In this document: positions 8,240 through 18,829 of the stretch, one piece after another
Numbering within the stretch: the stretch's first letter is position 1
Layout of the letters: every line of letters begins with the position of its first letter
Assembly: GCA_963772455.1 (NCBI GenBank)
Contig: CAVYXJ010000010.1
Location: forward strand, 160,001 to 224,000
From: Candidatus Bathyarchaeota archaeon
Lineage (GTDB): Archaea; Thermoproteota; Bathyarchaeia; Bathyarchaeales; Bathycorpusculaceae
DNA: 64,000 nt
Reading direction: 5' to 3'
Notes under the pieces: model-generated
Database searches by the model: none
The model's input: the letters and a program-made list of their open reading frames with translations, nothing else
What the model was told of the DNA's origin: nothing
Made by a program: the position numbers and the translations under genes

Positions 8240-10588
8240 TTGACAAGTAAAAACGTCCATGTAAAAATTGACGAAATGAAGACCAATAGCGGTCTCATTA
8301 AAAATTTTGAATTATCTATTGGCAAGGTTATGAATGACAACTATAACGAGCCAATGGGTCCAACCCCAATGCCCTCCATGACAACTCTCCGGGATTGGGA
8401 CATGAAACTTCTCACCAAGTACAAGCCCTTCTATATGCCCGATTGTGATCTTTGCTGCCTTTGCACTTTTGGCAAATGCGATTTGACAGCTGGAAAACGC
8501 GGCGCATGCGGCTTAGACATTGCAACCCAATCCTCCCGTATTGTGATGTTGGCTTGTGCAATTGGATCAGCATGTCACTCAGCTCACTCACGTCACCTTG
8601 TCCATCACTTAATTGAAAAATACGGTCGCAGATACCCCTTAGACATCGGCGGATTAAACATCAAAGTTGAAGCACCAATCACCCGTCTTGTCACCGGTAT
8701 AAAACCTGAAACACTAGGCGACCTTGAAGATGTTTTATCTTATGTTGAAGAACAAATTACTCAAGTTCTCGCAGTAGGCCACACTGGTCAAGAAGGCTGC
8801 AACTTAGACTTTGAATCCAAAGCAATGCACGTTGGTATGATTGACCACGTAGGAATGGAAGTCGGCGACATCGCACAGATTTCAACTTTAGGTTATCCAA
8901 AAGCAGATCCAGAAGCACCACTCGTAAAGCTCGGCATCGGAAGCGTCGACCGAACAAAACCAGTTATTATGGCAATTGGTCACAACGTCGTTCCATCAGT
9001 CGGAATAATCGATTACGCAAAAGACAACAAAGTTGACGACAAAATCGAAGTAGTCGGCTTATGCTGCACATCACACGACATGACAAGGTATTACAACCGC
9101 GCAAGAATTGTCGGTCCAATCAGCTGGGAACTTAGGTTCGTACGCGCAGGATTAGCAGACGTAGTTGTACTCGACGAACAATGCATCAGAACAGACATTT
9201 TCGACGAAGCCAGCAAAGTCAGCGCTCCAGTAATTGCAGCATCAGAAAAGAATTGCATGGGCTTCAAGAACCGCACAAACGATCCAGCAGACGAAATAGT
9301 CGCTGACCTCGTAAGCGGCAAAGTCAAAGGTGTCCTAATTCTCGACCCAGAAAAAGTCGGCGAAGTCGCAGTCCGCGTAGCACAACAAGTCGCTCCAGTC
9401 CGCAAGAGAAAGAACGTTCTTCCAAGCTTAGAGGAACTTACACAAATCGCAAAGAATTGCACACAATGCAGTAAGTGTCAACGTAACTGCCCACAAGACT
9501 ACGCCATTCCAGTAGCTATGAAAGCAGCAGGACAAGGAGACTTAACATTACTAACAGACCTCTATGAGACCTGTATCGGATGCGGAAGATGCGAAGAAGC
9601 ATGCCCACAAAAAATCATGATCCACAGTCTAATCATTAAAGCAGGCGAAAAAGCCATGCTTTGCGAAGACAACCTATGCCGCGTAGGAAGAGGCGCAGTC
9701 TCAGACGTCGAAATCCGCAACGTTGGTAGCCCAATCGTCCTCGGAGAAATCCCAGGTATCGTTGCAATCGTTGGCTGCAGCAACTATCCAAAAGGCGGCA
9801 AAGATGTCTATGACATAGCAAGAGAATTTGCAAGCAGACGATACATCGTCGTTGTGTCTGGATGCTCAGCTATGTCCGCAGGCAGCTACCGCAACAGCGA
9901 AGGCAAAACCCTCTACGAAGAATTCCCAGGCGGATTCGAAGCTGGAGGAGTTCTAAACGTCGGCTCATGCGTCGCAAACAGCCACATCGCCGGTGCAGCA
10001 ATCAAAGTAGCAAACATCTTCGCAAAACGCTCCCTAAGAGGTAATTATGAAGAAATCGCAGATTACATCCACAATCGCTTAGGTGCAGTTGGTTTAGCTT
10101 GGGGTGCATACTCACAGAAAGCCGCAGCAATCGGCGCAGGATTCTGGCGCTTAGGTGTACCAGTACTTGTCGGTCCACACGGGGTCAAATACAGACGTAT
10201 GCTTCTTGGCAGAAAAGAAGATCCAAAGAACTGGGAAGTCCTCGATGCACGCACAGGTAACACAGTTAACGTAGGACCAGCACCAGAACACCTCTTCAAC
10301 ATAGCTGAAACTAAGGAAGAGTGTATGGTTGCAATCGCAAAACTATGCATCAGACCAAACGATACATGGAAAGGACGCAGCATAAAACTAAGCCACTATG
10401 TTGACTTAAGCAAACGCTACCTTGGAGTAATGCCCAATGACCTACACCTGTTCGTGAGAACAATGGCTGATGTCCCGTCAACAATGAAGGACGAGTTTGT
10501 CAAGATACTTGAAGAAAACAACTGGCAAGAAACAGTAATTCCGGATCCAACCTTGCTTCCAAGAATGGTCCGTAAAATGAAGGAGTAA
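8240..10588 (+). CDS. cdhA: ACDS/CODH alpha subunit
   Basis: CDLCCLCTFGKC, GACG, IGHNV, GLCCTSHD, two CxxCxxCxxxCP, GSCVANSH, WGAYSQKA. Confidence 0.97.
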   Translation: MTSKNVHVKIDEMKTNSGLIKNFELSIGKVMNDNYNEPMGPTPMPSMTTLRDWDMKLLTKYKPFYMPDCDLCCLCTFGKCDLTAGKRGACGLDIATQSSRIVMLACAIGSACHSAHSRHLVHHLIEKYGRRYPLDIGGLNIKVEAPITRLVTGIKPETLGDLEDVLSYVEEQITQVLAVGHTGQEGCNLDFESKAMHVGMIDHVGMEVGDIAQISTLGYPKADPEAPLVKLGIGSVDRTKPVIMAIGHNVVPSVGIIDYAKDNKVDDKIEVVGLCCTSHDMTRYYNRARIVGPISWELRFVRAGLADVVVLDEQCIRTDIFDEASKVSAPVIAASEKNCMGFKNRTNDPADEIVADLVSGKVKGVLILDPEKVGEVAVRVAQQVAPVRKRKNVLPSLEELTQIAKNCTQCSKCQRNCPQDYAIPVAMKAAGQGDLTLLTDLYETCIGCGRCEEACPQKIMIHSLIIKAGEKAMLCEDNLCRVGRGAVSDVEIRNVGSPIVLGEIPGIVAIVGCSNYPKGGKDVYDIAREFASRRYIVVVSGCSAMSAGSYRNSEGKTLYEEFPGGFEAGGVLNVGSCVANSHIAGAAIKVANIFAKRSLRGNYEEIADYIHNRLGAVGLAWGAYSQKAAAIGAGFWRLGVPVLVGPHGVKYRRMLLGRKEDPKNWEVLDARTGNTVNVGPAPEHLFNIAETKEECMVAIAKLCIRPNDTWKGRSIKLSHYVDLSKRYLGVMPNDLHLFVRTMADVPSTMKDEFVKILEENNWQETVIPDPTLLPRMVRKMKE

Positions 10589-10603
10589 ACGGAGGAAAAA
10601 ACT

Positions 10604-11146
10604 ATGTCCTGTGAACCATGGCAATGTGCAGAAATAGCAGCAACTAAAAAAGCAAACCCCATAACTAAACCCGAGATAGCAGTAGCGATGATCAAAAAAG
10701 CTCAACGCCCACTTCTTATTGTGGGAAGCAATGCTACTGAAAGATACATGGAAGGCAAACAATTGATCGAATACTTAATCGAGTTCGCTAATGCCTCCAA
10801 AGTGCCAGTTGTCGCAACCGCCCACATGGTTGGTGAATTTATAAAACGCGGATACCAACCTGCGGCATTTATGAATGCAATGGAAATTGGCCAAAGAGTG
10901 GTAGACCCAGAATGGATGGGAATCGACGGCAAAGGACACCCAGACCTAGTTTTGTTAGTCGGGTTACCTTATTACGTTGAATCATTGATGCTCTCCGGAA
11001 TGAAACATTTTGCACCAGATCTAAAAACCATGACCCTCGACAACCTATTCCATGTACACGCAAGCTGGTCTTTCCCAAACACAACCCTCGAAGAGTGGGC
11101 TGCAAACCTCAAAGTAATGACATCAAAATTTAATGGAGGAAATTAA
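10604..11146 (+). CDS. cdhB: ACDS epsilon subunit
   Basis: MIKKAQRPLLIVG, DGKGHPDLV, HASWSFPN; position after cdhA. Confidence 0.93.
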   Translation: MSCEPWQCAEIAATKKANPITKPEIAVAMIKKAQRPLLIVGSNATERYMEGKQLIEYLIEFANASKVPVVATAHMVGEFIKRGYQPAAFMNAMEIGQRVVDPEWMGIDGKGHPDLVLLVGLPYYVESLMLSGMKHFAPDLKTMTLDNLFHVHASWSFPNTTLEEWAANLKVMTSKFNGGN

Positions 11147-11149
11147 AAA

Positions 11150-12571
11150 ATGTCTATGTTTAAAGATATACCCGTTGAAGTTGGCGTAATATTCGAAGGA
11201 GAACGTATTCGAAGAAATGATATGCAAGTAGAACTTGGCGGTCCAACCGTTAAGCAAAAGTTTGAACTTGCAAAAGTAAAACCCCTTGACCAGATCGAAG
11301 ATGGAAAAATAACCATTATCGGTCCAGACCTAAAAGACTTGAAAGCAGGCGGCGCATACCCATTCGGAATTCTTGTTGAAGCTGCAGGCGCAAAACTCGA
11401 CGCAGGTCTTGAAGGTGTTATTGAAAGACGCATTCATGGATACCTAAACTATATTGAAGGCTTCATGCACCTAAACCAGCGCTACGACATCTGGATTCGC
11501 ATAGGCAAGAAATCCTTCCAAAAAGGCTTGACCAGCTTTGATGCAATCGGCAAAGTCCTCTATCGCTTATTCAAGAGTGAACTGCCAATTATTGAGAAAG
11601 TTCAAATTACTTTCATAACAGACACAGCAAAACTAGATGAAATGACTCCTGAAGCCATTCAAGCATACGAATCACGCGACGCAAAAGCCAGAGGTCTAAA
11701 AGACTCAGAAGTAGACACATTCTACGGTTGTGCACTCTGTCAGTCATTCGCACCAAGCCACGTTTGTATTATCACACCTCAAAGATACAGCAACTGTGGT
11801 GCAATCAGCTGGTTTGATGGCAAAGCTTCAGCAAGCATCGATCCTAAAGGACCAGTCTTCGCAATCCCAAGAGGCGAAATGATCAACGAAGAAAAAGGCG
11901 AATTCTCAGGCGTCAACGAAGCTGCCAAGAAACGCACCATGGGCGAAGTTAACCAAGTTTGGCTATACACTGCGTTCGATCACCCACACACATCATGTGG
12001 ATGCTTCGAAGCTGTAACCTTCTACATTCCAGAAGTCGACGGATTCGGCGTCGTCAACCGCGCTTTCAAAGGAGCAGCCGTAAACGGCTTACCCTTCAGC
12101 ACAATAGCTGACTCAGCTGCAGGCGGAAGACAAATCGACGGATTCCACGGAATGTCCATCGAATACATGCGAAGCAAAAAATTCTTTGCAGCAGACGGTG
12201 GATGGAACCGAGTTGTCTGGGTACCAAAAGAAGTCAAAGAAAAAATTAAAGAATTCATCCCAGCAGACATCGTTGACAAAGTCGCAACAGAAGAAGATGC
12301 AAAGAACATTGACGAACTCAAAGCTTTCCTAAAGGCAAAGAACCACCCAGTCGTTGCAAAATGGGAATCAGAAGCAGCACCAGCAACAGAAACAACAGCT
12401 ATCCAAGTTAACGAAGAAGCAGCAGGCACAATGATGCCAGTTGCAACTATGAGCTCAATGCCAATCATGGCCGGCGGATTCAAAATCATACTCAAAGACG
12501 CAAAAATCTACGCTAACAAAGTCATCATAACAACAGTCAAAGACAGCAAAGACAACAAAGACAAACGGTGA
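11150..12571 (+). CDS. cdhC: ACDS beta subunit (acetyl-CoA synthase)
   Basis: FYGCALCQSFAPSHVC, CGAISW, PHTSCGCFE A-cluster motifs. Confidence 0.97.
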   Translation: MSMFKDIPVEVGVIFEGERIRRNDMQVELGGPTVKQKFELAKVKPLDQIEDGKITIIGPDLKDLKAGGAYPFGILVEAAGAKLDAGLEGVIERRIHGYLNYIEGFMHLNQRYDIWIRIGKKSFQKGLTSFDAIGKVLYRLFKSELPIIEKVQITFITDTAKLDEMTPEAIQAYESRDAKARGLKDSEVDTFYGCALCQSFAPSHVCIITPQRYSNCGAISWFDGKASASIDPKGPVFAIPRGEMINEEKGEFSGVNEAAKKRTMGEVNQVWLYTAFDHPHTSCGCFEAVTFYIPEVDGFGVVNRAFKGAAVNGLPFSTIADSAAGGRQIDGFHGMSIEYMRSKKFFAADGGWNRVVWVPKEVKEKIKEFIPADIVDKVATEEDAKNIDELKAFLKAKNHPVVAKWESEAAPATETTAIQVNEEAAGTMMPVATMSSMPIMAGGFKIILKDAKIYANKVIITTVKDSKDNKDKR

Positions 12572-13800
12572 TTCAAACGCCCCAAAACGACAACGACAAA
12601 AAGAAAGACGCTGAAGGACTACAGCTAAGCGACGACCTATTGGAAGCACTTGCAAAATTCCAGACAATCGAGCTGGAAGACTTCCAAATGGACGTCAAAG
12701 ACCTAGAAATCATCTTCGAAGCAGGCGCAGCAGGACAAATAATGCCCAAACTAAAACTTCCAAGCATCGCAGGCGGAAAACCAACCAGCATGCTACAAAT
12801 TCCCTTCTTACCACCAATTGAAACATACCCAAACAAAATCTCTGAAGTAAAACTTGGGGCAACAAGAAGCGAAGGCGGCACCCGCGGACGATCACTAACA
12901 ATCGGCGGAGAAGTATCTCCCGCTTTTTACACTTTTGAGCGACCTATGCCACACAAACCAGTCATCACCTTAGACGTTTTCGACATGGAAGTTCCTCTGA
13001 GCAAAGCAGTCAAGATGCACGTTAAAGACGTGGTCGGTGACCCAGCAGCTTGGGCAAAACTTGCAGTCGAAAAATTCGGTGCAGACATGGTTACAATGCA
13101 CTTAATCAGTGTTGACCCACTACTCAAAGACGCATCCCCCAAAGACGCATGCAGAACCATCGAGAAAGTCCTGCAAGCTGTAGATGTACCACTAGTCATC
13201 GGCGGATGTGGAGACCCAGTTAAAGATACAGCTGTCTTTGAGGAAGTATGTGCACAATTTCCAGGCGAACGCTTCTTAATCAGCTCAGTCACACGCGACA
13301 TGGACGTAGAGAAATGTGCCAAATTCATCAAGAAAGCAGGCCACGCAATCCTCTCATTCACACCCATGGACCTTAACTTGGCACGTGAACTCAACAGACG
13401 CCTCTACGACTATGTTGGCAGAGAAGACATCATTATGGACTTAACAACTGCAGCTCTCGGCTACGGCTTAGACTATGCATTCACAAACATGGAACGCGCA
13501 CGCATGGGCGGTTTAATGGGCGACGCTGAATTGGCACACCCAATGTCCTCAGGTACAACTAACGCTTGGGCAGCAAGAGAAGCATGGCTAAAAATGTCAG
13601 CTGAATGGGAACCACGCGAACTCAGAGGTCCACTTTGGGAAGTAACAACTGCAATAACCCTGTTGCTTGCAGGCGTAGACTTATTCATGATGATGCATCC
13701 AGCAGCCGTAAAAACACTAAAAGACGTAACCAACTACTTAACAAGCGCTAAAAAAGCAGACCCATCAAAATATGCAAATTGGGTCACGGTAAAAGCTTAA
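12568..13800 (+). CDS. cdhD: ACDS delta subunit (CoFeSP small subunit)
   Basis: AVDVPLVIGGCGDP, DLTTAALGYGLDYAFTNMER, NAWAAREAW, MMMHPAA. Confidence 0.96.
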   Translation: MIQTPQNDNDKKKDAEGLQLSDDLLEALAKFQTIELEDFQMDVKDLEIIFEAGAAGQIMPKLKLPSIAGGKPTSMLQIPFLPPIETYPNKISEVKLGATRSEGGTRGRSLTIGGEVSPAFYTFERPMPHKPVITLDVFDMEVPLSKAVKMHVKDVVGDPAAWAKLAVEKFGADMVTMHLISVDPLLKDASPKDACRTIEKVLQAVDVPLVIGGCGDPVKDTAVFEEVCAQFPGERFLISSVTRDMDVEKCAKFIKKAGHAILSFTPMDLNLARELNRRLYDYVGREDIIMDLTTAALGYGLDYAFTNMERARMGGLMGDAELAHPMSSGTTNAWAAREAWLKMSAEWEPRELRGPLWEVTTAITLLLAGVDLFMMMHPAAVKTLKDVTNYLTSAKKADPSKYANWVTVKA

Positions 13801-13806
13801 GGAGAC

Positions 13807-15240
13807 ATGAATGATATGGCAGAGAAGAAAAAAGGCGGATTAAAAGAACTTAGCCCCATAACGATTTACAAAAGCTTGCCAAAAATTAACTGCAAAGAAT
13901 GCGGCGTCGACAATTGCATGGCATTCGCAACAAAAATTGTCAACCGCGAAATTGAACTCGATAGCTGCAAACCACTACTAAAACCAGAAAACGCCAAATC
14001 TTACGCTATTCTCAAAGAGCTTCTAAAACCAGCAGTCAAAGAAGTCATAATCGGCGTTGGCGACAAAGCCAAGAAAATCGGCGGCAAACTAGTCATGTAC
14101 CGTCATGAATTCACATACAAAAATCCCACAGCCATAGCAATCGATGTAACAGACGAAATGTCTGATGCCGAAATTGTTTCACGCGTTCAGAAAACAGATA
14201 ACTTTACTTTCGAATATATCGGCAACACCCTAAAACTTGACATGATAGCAGTCAGATGCACTTCTGGAGATGCAGACAAATTCAAAGCAACAGTCAAAAA
14301 AGTCTCCGAAACCACAAAACTACCAATGATCTTGTGCACCTTGAGCCCATCAATAGCTGAAGCAGGCTTAATGGCAGCGCCAAAAGCAAGACCCCTCCTA
14401 TACGCGGCAAACTCAACCAACTGGAAAGACATGGCTGAATTAGCCTTAATGTACAGCTGTCCCATAGTTGCATCTGCTCCAAATGACCTAAACACACTCG
14501 TCTCACTCGCAAAGACCCTGATGGCTTACGGCGTAACCGACATAGTTCTTGACCCAGGCACCTTCATAAATGAAGGCTTACCAGACACAATCAACAACTT
14601 TACAATGCTCAGAAGAGCAGCAACTAAAGGCGGCGAAGAACTTGCAGGCTTACCTCTACTCGGCGTACCAATGGTCGCTTGGGTAGACAAAGGCGAAATG
14701 GCAGACGACCTAGTCAAATGGCGAGAAGCATACGTTGCATCAATGCTCATAGTTCGATATGCAGATGTATTAATTATGCACGAAAACGACGGATGGGCTC
14801 TACTACCAATGACAGTACTACGCCAGAACATTTACACTGACCCACGTAAACCCGTAGCAGTTGCACCAGGACTCAAAGTTTACGGCACACCAGACGAGAA
14901 CTCACCAGTGCTCTTCACATCAAACTTCGCATTAACATACTACACCGTAGCATCAGACATCGAAAGCAATAAACTCAATGCCTACCTCATCGTCGTCGAA
15001 ACAGAAGGCTCAGCAATCGACAGTGGAGTTGCGGGGCGCAAACTAACAGCCGAACGAGTTGCAGACGCAATCAAAGCAAGCGGTATCGAACAAAAAGTCA
15101 AACACCGCAAAATAATCATTCCAGGCAAAGCATCACGCATTAGCGGCGAAATCGAAGAACTCAGCGGCTGGAAAGTCCAAGTTGGACCACGCGACAGCAG
15201 TGAGATACCCAAGTATCTCATAGAGAAATGGCAACCATAA
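13807..15240 (+). CDS. cdhE: ACDS gamma subunit (CoFeSP large subunit)
   Basis: LPKINCKECGVDNCMAFA, LRQNIYTDPRKP, TSNFALTYYTV, VGPRDSS. Confidence 0.97.
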   Translation: MNDMAEKKKGGLKELSPITIYKSLPKINCKECGVDNCMAFATKIVNREIELDSCKPLLKPENAKSYAILKELLKPAVKEVIIGVGDKAKKIGGKLVMYRHEFTYKNPTAIAIDVTDEMSDAEIVSRVQKTDNFTFEYIGNTLKLDMIAVRCTSGDADKFKATVKKVSETTKLPMILCTLSPSIAEAGLMAAPKARPLLYAANSTNWKDMAELALMYSCPIVASAPNDLNTLVSLAKTLMAYGVTDIVLDPGTFINEGLPDTINNFTMLRRAATKGGEELAGLPLLGVPMVAWVDKGEMADDLVKWREAYVASMLIVRYADVLIMHENDGWALLPMTVLRQNIYTDPRKPVAVAPGLKVYGTPDENSPVLFTSNFALTYYTVASDIESNKLNAYLIVVETEGSAIDSGVAGRKLTAERVADAIKASGIEQKVKHRKIIIPGKASRISGEIEELSGWKVQVGPRDSSEIPKYLIEKWQP

Positions 15241-15246
15241 GCCATC

Positions 15247-15282
15247 CCTTTCTTATTTTATTTTTATTTTTTTGTTCATTTT
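15247..15282 (+). terminator. Oligo-T archaeal terminator after cdh operon
   Basis: Several consecutive T runs immediately after the cdhE stop. Confidence 0.55.
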
Positions 15283-15337
15283 GGCTTTAAGTAATTCTTT
15301 TATAATTCTATGGATTTCTAGAAATTGGTGATTTTTA

Positions 15338-15739
15338 GTGGATCATACAATTGTACATTTTGAAATTCCAGCCAACGACATTGAAAAAATCAAGAAATTT
15401 TATATGGATTTGTTTGGTTGGACGATGAATAAGTATCCTGGATCAACCGTCTACTATCTTGTGGGCACTGTTCCTGTGGATGAAAAAACGATGATGCCTA
15501 TTCGACCAGGCGTCAACGGTGGACTCTATGATAGGAAAGATTCCACGATGCCTGAGATGGCTAAGCCTACAAACTACATCTCGGTGGAGTCGGTGGAGGA
15601 GTACAGCAAGAAGGTTATGGATTTGGGCGGCAAGGTTGTGGTGCCAAAGATGGAGATTCCTGGTTTGGGCTGGTGGGCTCTTGCGCTTGACCCTGAGGGC
15701 AATCATTTTGGTATGTTGGAATATATGCAAAAACCCTAA
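15338..15739 (+). CDS. VOC/glyoxalase-family protein
   Basis: IVHFEIPA, GVNGGL, NYISVESV, ALDPEGNHFG. Confidence 0.9.
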   Translation: MDHTIVHFEIPANDIEKIKKFYMDLFGWTMNKYPGSTVYYLVGTVPVDEKTMMPIRPGVNGGLYDRKDSTMPEMAKPTNYISVESVEEYSKKVMDLGGKVVVPKMEIPGLGWWALALDPEGNHFGMLEYMQKP

Positions 15740-15886
15740 TCTTTTCTTTTTTGTTCATTTCTGTTTCTTGTTGATATCAATCTGTAATATGTTAAAAATC
15801 CCATGCTTTTTACTTAAATTTGTACTAAAAGCGTATAAACCCCTTCATAACATCTATGAGCATTTACTGCTAGAAGGGACTGAAAA

Positions 15887-17368
15887 ATAGGCTGCGGTAT
15901 CTTTGGCGCAATAAATTATGAAAAACAACCAGTTTTTCCGTATGTTTATTGGGGATTACGTGCCCAAAATCATCGAGGTCACCAGTCACACGGTTTCCTC
16001 ACAAGCAACAATAACGAGTTTTTCACGTACAAAGCCTTAGATTTGGTTCCAAGACTAAAAACAAGTGTCATTCACGAATGGTTCGGTCGCCTACCCGGAT
16101 CCATCGGCATCGGCAATGTACGGTATACAACCTCAGGCAAATGCGACGACGTCTCCATAATAGACGGGACCCAACCAGTTGTCGCCTCCGTAGACGGAAT
16201 AAAACTCGCCCTCTCCTTTAACGGTAACATCGTTAATACTTTGCCGCTCAAAAAAGAAATATGTGAAAACTTCGATGATTTCCTCTACAACTGCGACTCT
16301 GACATCGTTTGCCACAAAATGCTCCTTGCCTTAAAACAAGGTCAAGACTTATCCTCAGCCGCCCGAACAGTCATGGAAAGCTTAGACGGCGCATTCTCAG
16401 TAATTGGTATAACAGGCGATGGTCAATTCTTCGCCTTCAAAGACCCGCACGGCATAAAACCCCTGTGCGCTGGGCATGACCCCGAAACCAAGACATTTGC
16501 GTTTTCCTCCGAAACTGTGAGCTTGGACATGAACAGTTTTGTTAGAGATTTTGAGTTGGAGCCGGGTGAACTTGTTACGGTTTCAGAAAACGGTTTTAAA
16601 CGCACCCAACTTATTGAGAATCCGCGTGAAGCCTTCTGTTGTTTTGAATACGCTTATTTTGCAAGACCCGACTCGCGCTTTGACGGAAAATACGTTTATG
16701 AAATCCGAGAAGATTACGGGAGAAATCTTGTTAAAGAGTTCCCTGAAATCGTCAAGGACGGCGACATCATTATGTCTGTGCCTGAAACTGGCGATGACTC
16801 AGCCATGGGAGTTCATGAAGCTTCAGGTTTACGATGGGAACGCGCATCAAGGCGTCACCGTTATGTTACCGAACGAGCCTTTATTTTGCTTAACAATGAA
16901 CGTTACTCAACTATCGACAAAAAAATTAACATCTTAGGTAGCAAAGTTGCGGGCAAACGAGTTATAGTAACAGAAGACAGCGTTGTCCGAGGCGACACCA
17001 CCAAGGTTATCATAGAAAAACTCCGCAAGGCAGGCGCCAAGAAAGTTTACCTCTTCGTAACTTTTCCACGTATCATCGGACCTTGCTTCTATGGTATTGA
17101 CATGTCAACTTACGGGCAACTCGTCGGTTCCCGACATAATGCTGAGGAAATCGCTAAAATCATAGGTGCAGACGCCGTTTGCTATCAGTCCATTGAAGGA
17201 TTAGTACGTGCTAGTGGCCAAACTGAAGATCAGCTTTGTATGGCGTGCATTACAGGTAAGTATCCGACGCCGTGTGCGCAAAAGATGTCGGACATAATGA
17301 AGAAACGTTTCCAAGATGGATACGAAGAAAAAACAAGAATCTACGAATCCGAAGAAGCTCAGCCGTAA
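15887..17368 (+). CDS. purF: Amidophosphoribosyltransferase; N-terminus extends upstream of ORF-track call to an ATA start
   Basis: In-frame ATA GGC TGC GGT ATC TTT GGC = xGCGIFG (catalytic Cys), QNHRGHQSHG, GNVRYTTSG, CFEYAYFARPDS, EDSVVRGDT, PCFYGID, CMACITGKYP. Confidence 0.95.
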   Translation: MGCGIFGAINYEKQPVFPYVYWGLRAQNHRGHQSHGFLTSNNNEFFTYKALDLVPRLKTSVIHEWFGRLPGSIGIGNVRYTTSGKCDDVSIIDGTQPVVASVDGIKLALSFNGNIVNTLPLKKEICENFDDFLYNCDSDIVCHKMLLALKQGQDLSSAARTVMESLDGAFSVIGITGDGQFFAFKDPHGIKPLCAGHDPETKTFAFSSETVSLDMNSFVRDFELEPGELVTVSENGFKRTQLIENPREAFCCFEYAYFARPDSRFDGKYVYEIREDYGRNLVKEFPEIVKDGDIIMSVPETGDDSAMGVHEASGLRWERASRRHRYVTERAFILLNNERYSTIDKKINILGSKVAGKRVIVTEDSVVRGDTTKVIIEKLRKAGAKKVYLFVTFPRIIGPCFYGIDMSTYGQLVGSRHNAEEIAKIIGADAVCYQSIEGLVRASGQTEDQLCMACITGKYPTPCAQKMSDIMKKRFQDGYEEKTRIYESEEAQP

Positions 17369-17416
17369 TCGCTATTAAGCGTTCCCTCCAATGTCTTAGC
17401 AGATAGGTGTCTTTGG

Positions 17417-18829
17417 ATGGAAAAAATCGGTGTCCTAGTTGTTTCTTATGGCGCACGAGAAGTTGCCATGGCGGATGCTCTTCTAAGAAGCAAAAAATAC
17501 CAAGTGGAACTCTACGTCGCCGACAAACAATGCAACCCCTACAATGCTAAAAACGCAACAAAACAAGTAGTTATTCCAACCCTAGACATAAACGAAATCT
17601 GCAAGTTTGCAGAGACAAACAAAGACAAACTCGACTTTGTTATGGTTGGCTCCGAGAAACCTATAATCGAAGGAATCAGAGACCTAATCGAGAAACAAAC
17701 AGGTATACCCGTAATCTGTCCAACCAAAGAGTACGCAATTGAGGAGAGCAAGATTGCTCAGCGAATTCTTTTCGAGGAGATAGCGCCCGAAGCGAACCCA
17801 CGGTTTAAAATTTTTCATCCTTCAGATTACAAAGGCAAAGATATTCAAAAATCAGTTTATCAATGGCTGGACGAATTGGACAATCAAGCTGTGGTCAAGC
17901 CCGATAAGCCTGCATTGGGTAAAGGTGTGGGCGTTTGGGGAGACCACTTCGCAAATCGGGAGCAGCTTTTTGAGCATTTCATGTCCAACTTCAAATATGG
18001 TTCAGTTCTAATAGAAGAAAAAATTGACGGAGAAGAATCCAGTTGCATGGGCTTCTGCGACGGCAAACACTTCATTTCCCTGCCTGACACACGCGACTAC
18101 AAACGTGCCTTTGACGACGACAAGGGACCCAACACAGGTGGTATGGGTTCCTATAAAGACGTAGTCGATTACCTGCCCTTCCTCACTGCCTCTGAACGCG
18201 AACAAGAACTTGCGTTAGCTGATAGGGTTTTTAGAGGATGGAAAACAAAAATCAAAGACGACACGGCGCTAAGAGGTGTCCCACTGTACCTTGCCTTCAT
18301 GCACACAGGCAAGGGTATCAAAATCCTTGAAATCAACAGCCGCCCAGGTGACCCCGAAATCATGAACCTTCTTGCAATCATAAAAGAAGACTTCGTCGAT
18401 GTCTGCCTCAAAATGGTCAATGGAAACCTAAATGGTGTTGCAATGGAAAAGTTGGCGACAGTATTGACTTACAAGGTTCCATCAGATTATGGTGGATACG
18501 CTGATGCGTTTCCTGACAAAGTGGATAAACAAGCAGTCAACATGCCTGTTGACCTCGATAAGGCTGAGGCACTTGTCGAAAAATTCGGCGAGAAAATCCG
18601 CGTATATCCTGGCTCTATGGAGCTGCGCGATGGCAAAAACTATGCTCTCAAATCCCGAGCCATAGGTATCCTTGGCATCGGTGGAAGCATCGAGGAAGCA
18701 CGTCAAATCAGTCAGGAAGGAGCTAAAGCAATAACTGGTGGTGCGCTCTGGAACCGAACAGATGTTGCCTCAAAGCAACATATTTCTAAAAGCATTAGGC
18801 ACATGGAGCAGTTGAGGCAAAAGCCTTGA
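17417..18829 (+). CDS. purD: Phosphoribosylamine--glycine ligase
   Basis: GARE, VVKPDKPALGKGV, DYKRAFDDDKGPNTGGMGS, LEINSRPGDPE. Confidence 0.95.
   Translation: MEKIGVLVVSYGAREVAMADALLRSKKYQVELYVADKQCNPYNAKNATKQVVIPTLDINEICKFAETNKDKLDFVMVGSEKPIIEGIRDLIEKQTGIPVICPTKEYAIEESKIAQRILFEEIAPEANPRFKIFHPSDYKGKDIQKSVYQWLDELDNQAVVKPDKPALGKGVGVWGDHFANREQLFEHFMSNFKYGSVLIEEKIDGEESSCMGFCDGKHFISLPDTRDYKRAFDDDKGPNTGGMGSYKDVVDYLPFLTASEREQELALADRVFRGWKTKIKDDTALRGVPLYLAFMHTGKGIKILEINSRPGDPEIMNLLAIIKEDFVDVCLKMVNGNLNGVAMEKLATVLTYKVPSDYGGYADAFPDKVDKQAVNMPVDLDKAEALVEKFGEKIRVYPGSMELRDGKNYALKSRAIGILGIGGSIEEARQISQEGAKAITGGALWNRTDVASKQHISKSIRHMEQLRQKP

Noticed and set aside
8757-15245. Many antisense ORFs over cdh genes (also over pur and rnfC)
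   Set aside because: Shadows of biased codon use on the coding strand; no motifs.
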